Origin: the human T2T-CHM13v2.0 reference genome, Homo sapiens
DNA: 64,000 nt
Assembly (NCBI GenBank): GCA_009914755.4
Contig: CP068257.2
Coordinates: 19,584,001 to 19,648,000, forward strand
Direction of reading: 5' to 3'
Part shown: piece by piece, positions 29,072 through 41,648 of the stretch
How positions within the stretch are numbered: the stretch's first letter is position 1
How the letters are laid out: the number at the start of each line of letters is the position of its first letter
The notes under the pieces: generated by a model
Told to the model about the DNA's origin: nothing
What the model saw: the letters and a program-made list of their open reading frames with translations, nothing else
Database searches by the model: none
Translations under genes and position numbers: made by a program

Positions 29072-30218
29072 CTAGGGCTGTTTCAAGGAAATCTATTAAA
29101 GAGAAACGAAATACAAAATTAATTTCTGAAATTAAAAGTTTAAGATCTCTTTTATCTTAGAATATCTGCATTTCACTAATTATGCTTTGGGTGAATGAAA
29201 ATCTATCTAGGTATTCCTAAAATTATTACTGTGAAAGTGAAATATAGCTACCCTATAATTTATGCTGAATTATTTTTATCTCATCAGGAATTTTGTGTTG
29301 GATGAAATGAGTCACCCTGTAATCACATTGTTTATCTTAACCAGTGTTTGCTTTAGATAGAGTCATATTTCTATGTAATTACAGTATTACGTTTAAAGGT
29401 ATGAAGAATGCACACTTGTTTCTACTCACATCTGCTTTATTTTTATTGTCCAGTACATACTTTTTATGATTTTATCATAATAGGAATCAATTATCATAGT
29501 AGGAATCAATTTATCTGAATGAAAATATTTTTCTACTAATGCTCATCACTGCCAGTAGAATTTGTTTTCCTGCCTTCTTTCCTCCTTCTATTCCTCGTCC
29601 TTTTCTCCTTTCCCTTCTTCCTTCTTTCTCTTCAATTCTTTTAATTTATGAGTTTAAACTGACTTTAAATTCCTGTAGTTGGGGATAAGGCATATACAGA
29701 GGACAGAATGTGAGGGAAGAGGCACTTGTGCATGTGTGTGTGATATCTTTGAGTTTTTCAATTCAATTAAATAGACAATAATATTATATAAGTATGTGTA
29801 TAAATAAGTAAACTCTACATGTATATTGGAATTCTTCCCTGAATTGACAAAAAAGTATTATTTCCATTTTATAGATGTAAATCTTCAGGAACAAAAAGTC
29901 CAATTGACTTGTTTGTATGCTTAATTCTTCTCAGAGCTTATTTAAAAAAAAACATACAGTTATATAAAAGTAACCCGAATTATGATTTCCAATCTACTTT
30001 TCTTTCTATTTATTTGATGAATTAAATGTTAATATTCCCTCATCATTTAAATAATTTCATTTTGATTATCATTAAACAATTGAGTAACCTTACTTTTCTT
30101 CCTCTTTATAATCTTCCAATGTTCTTTAAAAAAAAATTCCTTGAAACACAGGAAAAAATTGTCACATCTTAGTCTTTGCTCTCTTGTGAAAAAAGTCCAT
30201 TAAGATTTATGAATTTCT

Positions 30219-30554
<336 letters not shown>

Positions 30555-32845
30555 TCACATTAAGGGCATAGACTGATTGAACTTGCACTTTATCTTGAAT
30601 AATGGCATTTAACCTATTGGGTTAACAGTTTTGAGGCTCCCAAATAAATGTCCAGGTATCTGCTGAATTGTTTGACTGCCTGGGTTATAAAAATATCTTG
30701 AAGGTCAGATAATGCTAATGTTTGAGAAATGCATTTTTTATCCCTGATCTAGCTTTCCTTACCAATTATGAGGTAAAAATAGTAATAAAATAATAATAAT
30801 GATAATTACACTGTTAACTAATGTTACCTAGAATCTAAATCAAAAAGAATGATTTTCCCAATATCCATGATCCTTTCCTCAGTTACATATTCCAGTCTTC
30901 TGAAATAGGATTCCACAAGAGAATTAAATTTATGGAAAATGATTAGAGTGATTATTTTCACATTTCTCTCAAGCATGATCTTTAGCTAATACAATTATTG
31001 ATGCACTTGAGAAAAGTTACTACATTGCATACAATTCAGCACTGAAGCTTAATTTTTACATAGAACTGTGGTTCATAACTGCTGGAACCCCAAGATACTG
31101 AAACAATACCCACCTGCCCCACCTTGCTCCTTACCCAACCAGGGCAGTTAGTTCGAGCTCATCATTAGGATGAGCTCCATCTTCAGGTTTATTATAAACA
31201 TCTTTTCACATTTCTGAAATTTGGATGTGTCTTACAGCCACCGTGTACTTCAGTCAAGTCACATTTTCTTTGTTTCCTGACAAATTTGTGCTAAGATAAT
31301 GACCTGCCTTACAATAAATGGCTTCTTAGAATCTAGTACTTTCTTTAGCAGACAATCAGCACCCCCACAATTATTTATTTATTTATTTGTTTAAGTATTT
31401 TTGTCTGTTCTTTAGGTCAATAATAGAGTGTCCCTACAAGGAACAAGAGATTTTCCACAGATGAAAAAACAGTTGTTAAAATTTAATATGAATAAACTGT
31501 TCATAGTCAAGTTTTCTTCTATTAAATTATTTGAATCTATGAATTTTTCTATGAGATTAGACTGCGGTAAAATATGACGTCTGATTTAGCACATCCACAT
31601 GTATTTAATTGTTGTAAGAGTAATGAATGAAGCATACCACCAAGTGTATCATGCCTCTCTCTGGTCTGGCATTTGAATGATTTCAAGAACCACTGCCCTC
31701 AGGTCCTCTTTTGTGCTGTTTGAAAATGTGCAGTAATAGGTTCGGATAGACTAATCTGTGCCTAAGTGATAGCTAATATATCTTCCTCCCAGGTAGTATT
31801 TAGCTTGATTAAAATGGACAGGTCAACATAAGGCATTTCTAGTGGGAATTTCAAGCACCACTGAAAGCTAATTGAGCAAGACAAAGCTTATAAAGAAGAA
31901 AGTGCACTTGAGTTACCAAAATTCTAACTGGATGCTAGAAAAAATTGTATTTGCATTAAATTTGTTACAAGCACTATGGTCCTTCTCAACTCATGCTCTC
32001 TAGGGAGGTGCGTACTTTACCTATGAGTTTAATCTCATTACTCGTTAGCAAATTAGAGAAAAGTTGCTGTTGACATGTCACATAATGCAACCATAGGTGC
32101 TGTGTATTTACAAAGTTTGCATTTGATGGACAGAGCATTTCGAGGAATGCATAAAAATATGATTAGGCTATTTTTTCTAACAATAAGCAAAGAAATTATA
32201 AATATATGCAACACATGGGTCAGTAAGTCTAAGGCTTACACAGACTGTGGAAGGTAACAATTATTAGTGAAGAGACCAGGTGGAGACCCCTGCAAATCTA
32301 AGTGTGAATGGTTTCGCAGAAGTCATATGTTTTTTTCAAATTAAAATTCATGTTTTTAAAAAACAACGTTGTGGGACAAACAAAACATTTCTACTAGTCA
32401 CACTATATCCACAGATTTCCATTTTGTAATCTATGACAGAAAATTTCAACTGCAAACTTTCACTTCATTATGAATATATTATAAAGTGTATTAAATTTCA
32501 TCCAGTGGTAAAGGATGATCCTGGAATATGTAGAATAAGTATTTAACGAATTTCTTTCTGGTCCACTTGTATTTTATTCATGGAAAACAGTTTTGATCAG
32601 AGATGTTCCTCTGTAGCTATGCTAATATTACATGATCATAATTGCTTTTTGTTTATGAGATTATATGTCCTCCACTAGTGCAGAACCAGATGAAACTTAG
32701 GTTTAACCTGGCATGATTATTTTTAACACCTGGCTTATCTATTCTCTTTCCTGGGGAAAGGATTAAATGTGTCGTGATTTTTTTTCCTTATTGATTATAA
32801 GTCATTAGAGAAAGCTAAGTGCTCTTTATCTAACGTAAGCCAGAA

Positions 32846-33967
32846 TTATTATTTTATTTTATTTTATTATACTTTAAGTTCCAGGATACATGTGCAGAAT
32901 GTGCAGGTTTGTTACGTAGGTATACATGTGCCATGGTGGTTTGCTGCACCCATCAACTCATCATCTAGGTTTTAAGCCCCACATGCATTAGATTTTTGTC
33001 TTAATGCTCTCCCTCTCCTTGCCCCCCACCCCCTGTGTTGTTCCCCTCCCTGTGTCCATGTGTTCTCATCATTCAGCTCCCACTTATGAGTGAGAACATG
33101 TGTGCTGATTTTCTGTTCCTGTGTTAGCTTGCTGAGAATCATGGCTTCCAGCTTCATCCATGTCCCTGCAAAGGACATGATCTCATTGTTTTTTATGGCT
33201 ACATAGTATTCCATGGTGTCTGTGTGCCACATTTTATGTATCCAGTCTATCATTGATGCGCATTTGAGTTGGTTACAAGACTCTGTTATTGTGAATAGTG
33301 CTGCAGTAAACATACGTGTGCCTTTGGGAATATACCCAGTAATGGGATTACAGGGTCAAGTGGTATTTCTGGTTCTAGATCTTTGAGGAATCACCACGCT
33401 GTCTTCTACAATGGTTGAATATCCTTTACCCACTTTTTGATGTTTTTTTTTTTTTTTCTTGTAAATTTCTTTAAGTTTCTTTTAGATTCTGGATTTTAGA
33501 CCTTTGTCAGATGAGTAGATTGCAAAAATGTTCTCCCATTCTGTTGGTTGCCTGTTCACTCTGATGCTAGTTCCTTATGCTGTGCAGAAGCTCTTTAGTT
33601 AAATTAGATCCTGTTTGTCAATTTTGGCTTTTGCTGCAATTGCTTTTGGTGTTTTAATCATGAAGTCATTGCCTATGCCTATGTCCTGAATAATATCACC
33701 TAGGTTTTCTTCTAGGGTTTTTATAGTTTGGGGTTCAAAGGATATGAACAGACCCTTTTCAAAAGAAGACATTATGTGGCCAACAAGCATGGAAAAAAAA
33801 GCTTAACATTACTGGTTATTAGAGAAATGCAAATCAAAACCACAATGAGATACCATCTCATGCCAGTTAGAATGGTGATTATTAAAATGTAAGGAAACGA
33901 TAGATGCTGGCGAGGCTGTGGAGAAATAGGAACCCTTTTACACTCTTGATGGGAGTGTAAATTAGAA
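32846..33967 (-). mobile_element. L1 3' fragment (L1PA8/L1PB-like), minus orientation, with an internally relocated and inverted 230-bp ORF2 segment
   Basis: 32846-33420 is the reverse complement of the L1 3' UTR plus ORF2 C-terminus. The minus-strand ORF 32972..33313 translates to ...MIDWIHKMWHTDTMEYYVAIKNNEIMSFAGTWMKLEAMILSKLTQEQK, the L1 ORF2 C-terminus. 33421-33736 is the reverse complement of the upstream ORF2 part (...[40 protein letters not shown]). 33737-33966 is the intervening ORF2 piece (AAAGGATATGAACAGACCC ... CAGAGAAATGCAAATCAAAACCACAATGAGATACCATCTCATGCCAGTTAGAATGG ... GGGAGTGTAAATTAG) but in PLUS orientation. AATTATT flanks both ends (about 32844-32850 and about 33967-33973). 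Confidence 0.8.
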
Positions 33968-35038
33968 TTATTCTTAACAAGATAACTTTGTGTATCCCTG
34001 AATCAAACTTTATTTGCTGTATAAGCTATCCAAATATGCCCTTAAAATATAATCTTTATTATATAAAATTATATGATACAATATATAAGATATATACTCT
34101 CCTTTATTATATAAAATATAATCAATTATTATAACCCATATAATATATACGATATAATCTAATCACCTTCATTATATAAGACACAATCTAGTCAATCAAT
34201 TATAGAATATGCCAAAGCACCTGAGAGCTACGAAAGAAAATTTTTCAAAACTGAAATCAAAATGAAACAAGAGTGACATATGTAGAGCTGCTTGATGCTG
34301 TAAACAGTAATGCAGTTTTATATCAAGCAGCTAAACAAATGAAGCTATTTCCACACCCGTACACTCTTACTACATTTTTAAACACTTGAGAAATTATGCT
34401 GGATAAACCAGTAGCCAAAATAAAGTAAAGTGAAAATGAATTCATCTCGTGTCAAACCTCCAAAACTGTTATTTTTCTTTATTTTCTCCTGTCTACTCTC
34501 CCTCCCCTGATTTCCTTCCTTCCTGTTCTTGCAGGGACATTGCTATCTTACCACTCAGACAAGTCAAGCCTTACATTTTATGTCTCACATATATATTGAT
34601 GATCATCTCTTTTAGTGAACATCCGAAGCATTATCATAATCTTACTCCAGATTGTCAAATCTCCCAGCACTAAAAGCTAATGGAAAACTGGCCATTTTTC
34701 TCATTCCATGTGTTTTTTATTTTACTTTTCCATCTTCCCTTTTCTCTGATCTTGATTTCTCAATAATTAGAAACCGACATCATTGAACTGCTTCTTCTAA
34801 AGTCCTTTTACAACTCTCTGCCATTATTACTGTTACCCTTCTTTTTACAACTATCACACTTTGCTTATGCACTTCTCTCACATTCTTTCCTGAATATCAA
34901 CATGGATGGTTATGTTTCAAGTTTCCTACGAAATTCATTAAGCAATTTGAATGGAAGTGGGTTCATTTTGGTAATTTTTAATAGTATTGAGAACAATTCC
35001 TCCTTTACATGGTAGTTCCTCAGTAAGCACTACTTATT

Positions 35039-35393
35039 ATGGTCTGAATGTTTGTCTTTTCCAAATTCATGTGCTGAAACTTTATTACCAGTAGTATAGT
35101 ATTAGGTGGTGGGGCCTTTGGGAGGTGATTAGGTCATTGGAGCCCTTATAAATGGAATTGGTGCCCTTTTAAAGAGACCTCAGAGAACTGCCTTGCCCCT
35201 TCCACAATGCGAGGACACAGCTAGAAGGCTCCATCAATGAACCAGAAAACAAACCTCACCAGAATCTGTGAGAATCTGGAATACCTGAATCTTTGACTTG
35301 CCAGCCTTCAAAATAGTAAGAAATAAATGTTTGTTCTTTATAAGCAACATAATTTTTGGTAATTTGTTATAGCAGGCCAAACATACTAAGACA
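35039..35393 (+). mobile_element. ERVL-MaLR solo LTR (MST-type)
   Basis: It has TG...CA termini. GGTCTGAATGTTTGTC..CCAAATTCATGTGCTGAAAC ... GGTATTAGGTGGTGGGGCCTTTGGGAGGTGATTAGGTCATTGGAGCCCTTATAAATGGAATTGGTGCCCTTTTAAAGAGACCTCAGAGAACTGCCTTGCCCCTTCCACAATGCGAGGACACAGCTAGAAGG ... CCAGCCTTCAAAATAGTAAGAAATAAATGTTTGTTCTTTATAAGCAACATAATTTTTGGTAATTTGTTATAGCAGGCCAAACATACTAAGACA. The architecture is that of MaLR LTRs. Subfamily name is from memory. Confidence 0.55.
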
Positions 35394-36594
35394 TTATTTG
35401 GATGAACTAGCCTAAAATTAACCAAAATTTAGAAATGGTTTGTTTTTACACTAGAAAAGTATTCAAACTTAAAATGCTTACGCTATGAACTTGTAGATAT
35501 CAGGGAAATCGCTTAAACACTTGAGTTCTAAGGCCCAGTAGGTAACGAGCCTAGATTTCAGACACAGAATTACTAGTGATTTATATGCTCAGGCTTTTGG
35601 CATCAGACCTCAGTGAAATATCCTTGATTTTATCCGAGTATACAGGAATTTTCAAAATGCAGAGGGATTATAAAATTTAAGACCTATGGAGGATGCCCAA
35701 TTTTAAGAATCAAAAAGGAGAATATAACAATTTGTCAAACCAAAAACTTACACCAGAAAATAAAGTACCAAAACAAGGGTACAATCTCAGGAGACTGAAA
35801 ATCAAGGCAGTAAATATTCATTTTATTTAGTTTCATTTGTCTTATTTATATTTTTGTCTCAGCTTAGTATCAAAAGCCGCACTTAGCACATTTAGCGTAT
35901 TATTCCTTTTATTTCTTAGACAGAATTTATAACATAAATGCTACTCATCTGCCACTTGGCAAGTGAAGAATCTGAAACTGAAAAATCATGAAATTTGACT
36001 GAAGTTACACAGCTATTAAGTCGCAACGCCAGCCTATCTACTCAGGTTTGTTGTTGAAACTTGAGCTTTTAATCACTCATAACCCTGGCTTGGAAATCTA
36101 GGTCAATTGCCTGCAATAGAAGATGTTCTTTATAGCTTGAATTTTAATCTGCTAGTTAAGTCGTGTTTGTGGATGATCAGAAAATGGCATGTTGATCAAT
36201 TGACACACTTTTCTCCTCAAGTTTCCTCTTCTTCCTTCTTCTGGAGCATTATTTTGAAAAAAGGTGAACTTTAATGTCTAGACCATAACAAGTCATCTGG
36301 ACCATAATCTTCTTACCATGCTAATGGCTGAAGTTGGCCCTATGATATTATGAAGCTCATTTCACCATTTCCTTTGCACATTCTAGTTGTAAAGAGCTGT
36401 AATGGAACAGGATACTTCTAAAGCAGGAAAAAATATGCATGAAGTATGTGTAGGGGTGTTAGAATAAGAAGATCACCTCGGCGATAGGGTTATAGGCCCT
36501 CCATTTGTGGCAAGGTTGTTTATGGCACAACAGATGTGAATACAGGCAGATGTTACATACGTTATTTCTAACAATATGTACCCACTGGATAATA

Positions 36595-36596
<2 letters not shown>

Positions 36597-36629
<33 letters not shown>

Positions 36630-36640
36630 CCCACATAGCA

Positions 36641-36671
<31 letters not shown>

Positions 36672-36672
36672 A
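36597..36672. repeat. interrupted (GT)n microsatellite
   Basis: Two GT runs of about 14 units each are separated by ATGTGTACCCACATAGCATATCTA. Confidence 0.95.
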
Positions 36673-37763
36673 TAATGTTTATATAATACTGAACGTTATC
36701 AATAATTTTTTGCATCAAAACAGATTTGGGTGCCAAATGATATCTTGGATAGAATACATACCAAGCTATCAGAATAATATTAACAATTTGGGAAGGGCAC
36801 AGGTTAAATGTCGGGATCTCATGGTTTTTTGAAGGCTGGGATCGTAGTAGCCCTTTATGTCTTGTAGGACTGTCTGTGGTCTTAGCACTGGATCAGAGTT
36901 ATCCCCGAGTACGTTGGAGTACACTGGAACAGGCCTTAGCTTATGAGTAGCTTACAGACATCCCTGTGAGCTGTGCTCTATTTATTGAAGGGACTGAAAT
37001 GTGCTTCTCATGTTGCACTTTGTTAAAGACTTTGCCTCCCAGGATCTAAGGCTGCCCGTTTAATAAAGCAGGGCTTCACCTTCTGTGAAATCTCTAAGCT
37101 GTCTCTGCTCACTTCTGCCTCTCTGGCACCATTGCCAGGTGGAAGTAATCCATTGCTGTCATTATACTGTATCCTTTAGCTGATAGTGTTTCTGCTTCTG
37201 TGATGGGAGCCTTTTGGAAGTGTTTGATTGTAAAAATCTTTCAAACTGTTCTGAAGAATGCTGTATGTTTTCTTAATTTCATAACACTAACCAATTCCTA
37301 ATATATAATCGACTTCTCATATTTCTTTGTCTCCCAGCTACTAGAATGTAAATTTCACAGTGGCAGGGTTTTCCATCTTTTGTCTTGACAAAGGTGACCT
37401 AACTGCCTAAGTTCCTCTAAATATTTGTTAAATAAACATGGCCCAACTTAGTTGGTATAGGCTGAGATGTGCCTTATCTACTCCAGGCTGTGATGATTAG
37501 GTCTAAGAGTCTCAGAGCACCAGAGTCCCTTGGAAATTGGCTCTTTCCTCAGAATACAGCTTCATTCTGTCCTTGGTGCAGCTTGACTGTGACCTCAACA
37601 TAATCTCTGATTATGACCAACAACATAGAGAATTATGGTAGTAACTGCCTCCTTAGTGTAAGTCCATGGCCCTGCCTAGGCCCATGTTAAAAGCCAAATT
37701 TCAATAATGTAGTGTATACTGGGTTAGGTAGATTAGAATGGAGATATAAAAAATAATATTTCT

Positions 37764-38081
<318 letters not shown>

Positions 38082-39275
38082 CTAATTACTAGCCTAGTAT
38101 AGACACTACTGGGGACCAGGCTACTCCTGTTCGTTGCCTGTAGATGTTTATTATTTTAGCTGGATGGTATAAGTTTGATGATGGACTGTTCATATGTTCT
38201 TGCAAATGCAGTGAACTATATTACACACCATTAATTATAAGTCTTCCACACTCAGATTCTGTGAAAGTCCCCCTAATTTGTTGATGACATAAAGCTCCAC
38301 CTCTACAATCATATGCCTTTTTTAAGGAGTGTCATGAATCCAGATACTGAGATCAGGGACTTACATAAGGCCAACTAAAAAAACCCTTTACAATGTATTT
38401 TACATATATTATAGTTTGTAAGTATAAACATTCAACTACTGTTAATGGACTTCTAAGAGAAGTCGAGTCATTTCTGTGTGTTGGAACCTCCTGTGATCAT
38501 CATCCAGAGGAAGTTTCATATACGCTGGAAATCCAGTTTCATAAAATGTTACCTAAAATGTAATGACCTCAAATGGAGTGTACTCAGTAACTCTAGAATA
38601 GGAAGGATCTTCTGATCTTTGCAAAGATTGCAGAGGCGTCTCTGATGAGATAATTGAGTTCCTTCCTCTGATTTTCTGAATTGAACCTGCAGCAATTCAT
38701 CTTTTTAATCAAGCTGCTAAAGTACAATGGATCTCTGCAGTGATTTAGGATGTCCAGTTCTAGGAAGCATTGTTCTGGGCTTTCAGAATGTAGGAGGAGA
38801 TCTTTGTACTATTTCAGTCTTTTTGATAAACAAGTCATAAAGAAGAAACCAGTTGTCTGAGATTGCCATAAACTGTAAACTCTTTGACAGTAACATAAAG
38901 AGATGGATTAAATTGGAATACAACCAAATTTATCTGGAGGTTCTGAACAAAGGCTGGTCACTGAAGTAATCATAGAATTGACAGCCAAGCACTCCTTTCC
39001 ATCAGTTAAGTAAAGAACGAAATAAACTGTTTACATGATTTTATCCCCCATTCTGAATGGAAGACAAAAGCTTCAGGAACCCTTGATGGCAGATAAAATG
39101 TCCTGTGGAGTCTTCTTGGTAATCATTAGAGCACGTTGTTTTATCATCTGAGACAGTAAGAACCGAAACAATTTAACAATGTCTTCAAAGGCTTTGCTAG
39201 ATTAGACAGTACGAAAAATAAACATCAAGAATGTGGAAACTATCATGTACAAGAAAGACCATGCAATGTTGACTC

Positions 39276-39573
39276 TTTTTTTTATTTTTTCCTCTCTCTC
39301 TTTTGAGACAGAGTCTTGCTCTGAGTCCAGTGGCGCAGTCTCTGCTCACTGCAACCTCTGCCTCCCGGGTTGAAGCAATTCTCCTGCCTAAACCTCCTGA
39401 GTAGCTGGGGTTCCAGGGACCCGCCACTATGCCTGGCTACTTTTTGTATTTTTAGTAGAGACAGGGTTTCACCATGTTGGCCAAGCTGCTCTCAAATTCC
39501 TGACCTCGTGATCTGCCCGCCTCGGGCTTCCAAAGTGCTGGGATTACAGGCATGAGCCACTGTACCGGGCCCC
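39276..39573 (-). mobile_element. Alu SINE, minus orientation, with an 11-bp TSD
   Basis: T-run then CTCTCTCTCTTTTGAGACAGAGTCTTGCTCTGAGTCCAGTGGCGCAGTCTCTGCTCACTGCAACCTCTGCCTCCCGGGTTGAAGCAATTCTCCTGCC ... GGATTACAGGCATGAGCCACTGTACCGGGCCC. The flanking duplication is CAATGTTGACT before the T-run and CAATGTTGATT after the Alu. Confidence 0.9.
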
Positions 39574-41608
39574 CAATGTTGATTGTTATGTGATTGGTCT
39601 ACTCACACACATATGGTGAAGAGGTGAGATCCACATATGTAGGCTTGCAGTTATTGGGGAAATCTTAGATAACTGCATCATATTATTGTTCTTGGTTTTT
39701 ATTTCTATTTAGTTTCCTAATGCCTTGAACTTGTGAGTAAAGGGACTGATTGATGAAGTTTAAAAGCATAAGTTCAGGACAGATTCACACACTTTTCATT
39801 ATCTGGAAAAACAACTTGGGTAGAAGAAGTGGAACATTACCTGTGAGTCACAGAATGTGTATTTTTTTGCTGTGAATTTTCTACTTTAAAGTATAGGTAT
39901 TTAATATGCACTGGTAGTACTTTTTTCACATCTGCTGAAGTTCTAGGGTAAGTAATAAAATATTGAGGGGATTTTCAAGATGGCTGACTAGGAACATCAG
40001 ATGCCAGTTCTGCTCAGGACAAAGATCAAAGTGATGAATGGACATTTTCCTAATGGAAAACTAAGGGAAAAGAGCCAAGAATTGTCAGAGTGCCCATGGG
40101 AACTAGGTGGGGTGAAAAAAACAAAAGCAGAGAGAGTCTGGTAGAGATTGACTCCTGAGGTAATCACAACCCCACAGAAAGGGTAAGTGGGAGAGCTTCT
40201 CTGTTTCGTTCACCCCTGCAACAACCTGCTGACTGCCAATCTGCTGGGGAGGCCCTCCACCCTCAGGACCTAAGGAAACACTGTCAGTGGCAGTATAGGA
40301 ACTTGCTGGGGTCAGAGAACCAGGTGGCTGGCTTGCAGCTGAGCCTGAACTCTCCTCAAACATGAACTGAGGTGGCAGGCGCCATACTGTTTGTGCACGC
40401 ATGGTGGGCCACTGCCCTCCCCAGGGAACCTCCACCCTTGAGTCCCTGCACCTTTAATTCTCCCACAAACATACCCACATGACTCTCTCTGACTTTGGCA
40501 AGCACAGGCCAAAGTCAGAGAGAGTGCCTGCGGAGCTGCAGGACCCCTGGACATCTACGTCTAGGTTTGGGCTGCCCCTAAAGGAGAGAAAAGTACAGCT
40601 CCATAAAGCTCATCTTGGGACAAAGGAAACACGGACGTGGCACCAATTGCTGAACAGGGAGGTACTGACGGCCACGAACAGATGTGGAGGGAGGGTCATC
40701 ATTGTGCCTTGCCCCATTCATTGCTGAAGATGAAGCAGTGGTTCTCCCCCTGAGGGTCATCATGTTTGTACCTGGAGAAGGTGCTCTTCACACTTTTTGC
40801 GGTGGCTCCACTCCCCCTGAAAATGAGGATGTGCAGCTTGGACTTACAAAAAGAGTGGGGCCCAACTTCCCCTCCCAACACAGTGTGGCAGCATCCCAGC
40901 AACAGAGGACAGACAAGCCATAGAGTTGTCTGCTCTGGACTGAGAGAAGAGTCTCTGTGCTGAGCCCATTTTGGTGGTAGCCACCAGAGGGGCATATTCA
41001 TGGTCCACAGCCACACTGTGGCCAGGAACCAAAGCACAAAAACCGTATGAACTGAAAGTCGTAAGTCCTGCAGTAGCAGCATGATAGGGAAGAGGATTTC
41101 TATCTTTCCTACTCAGGATGAGGAGCTGGTGCATCCCCCAGCCCCTTCTCTGAGACCTCAGTACACCTCAACACAATTTCCCTCTAAACCCCACCCCTAG
41201 TCAGGGTGGATGGCTCCACACTTAAACAGCCTACCAGAGGATGAGCTGGTTCCTACTCTTAAATGCCACCTACTGAACTGGAGCCCAAAATTCACCACCA
41301 AATAAAAAACCTGCTGCTAGAATGGCTTAGTGCTAGTTCATGTGATAGGATTACTGAGACCTCTGCACCCTCAGCCCAGCAGGACATAGTTTGTTGGATT
41401 AAATGTACAATGGATTGCTACAAGAAGAACCATCTGAGAAAGCCACAGCACAGAAGCTGTCCACAACCAAAACACTCATTACAGAGCCTTGGGCCCCTGA
41501 AAGCACCCAGCAATGAATCCAAACAACCATACACAACATAAATCACAGTCATACCCTCAAGGAACAAAATAATTTTTTAAAAGTTACATCCAAATAAAAA
41601 TAAGAAGC

Positions 41609-41646
<38 letters not shown>
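41609..41646. repeat. (CA)n microsatellite inside the L1
   Basis: Direct reading shows about 19 CA units. Confidence 0.95.

Positions 41647-41648
<2 letters not shown>

Noticed and set aside
32972-33790. Minus-strand ORFs of 113 aa and 63 aa with clear L1 ORF2 similarity.
   Set aside because: They are the decayed C-terminus of L1 ORF2 within a truncated, rearranged L1 fragment. They are pseudogenic and not host genes. They were used only as evidence for the L1 call.
40103-41134. Several 80-127 aa ORFs on both strands in the relatively GC-rich 5' UTR of the old L1, including antisense ORFs that recall the primate L1 ORF0.
   Set aside because: This L1 is ancient and heavily mutated. These frames have no conserved ORF0-like sequence that I can recognise and are expected by chance in a GC-richer 1.6 kb segment.
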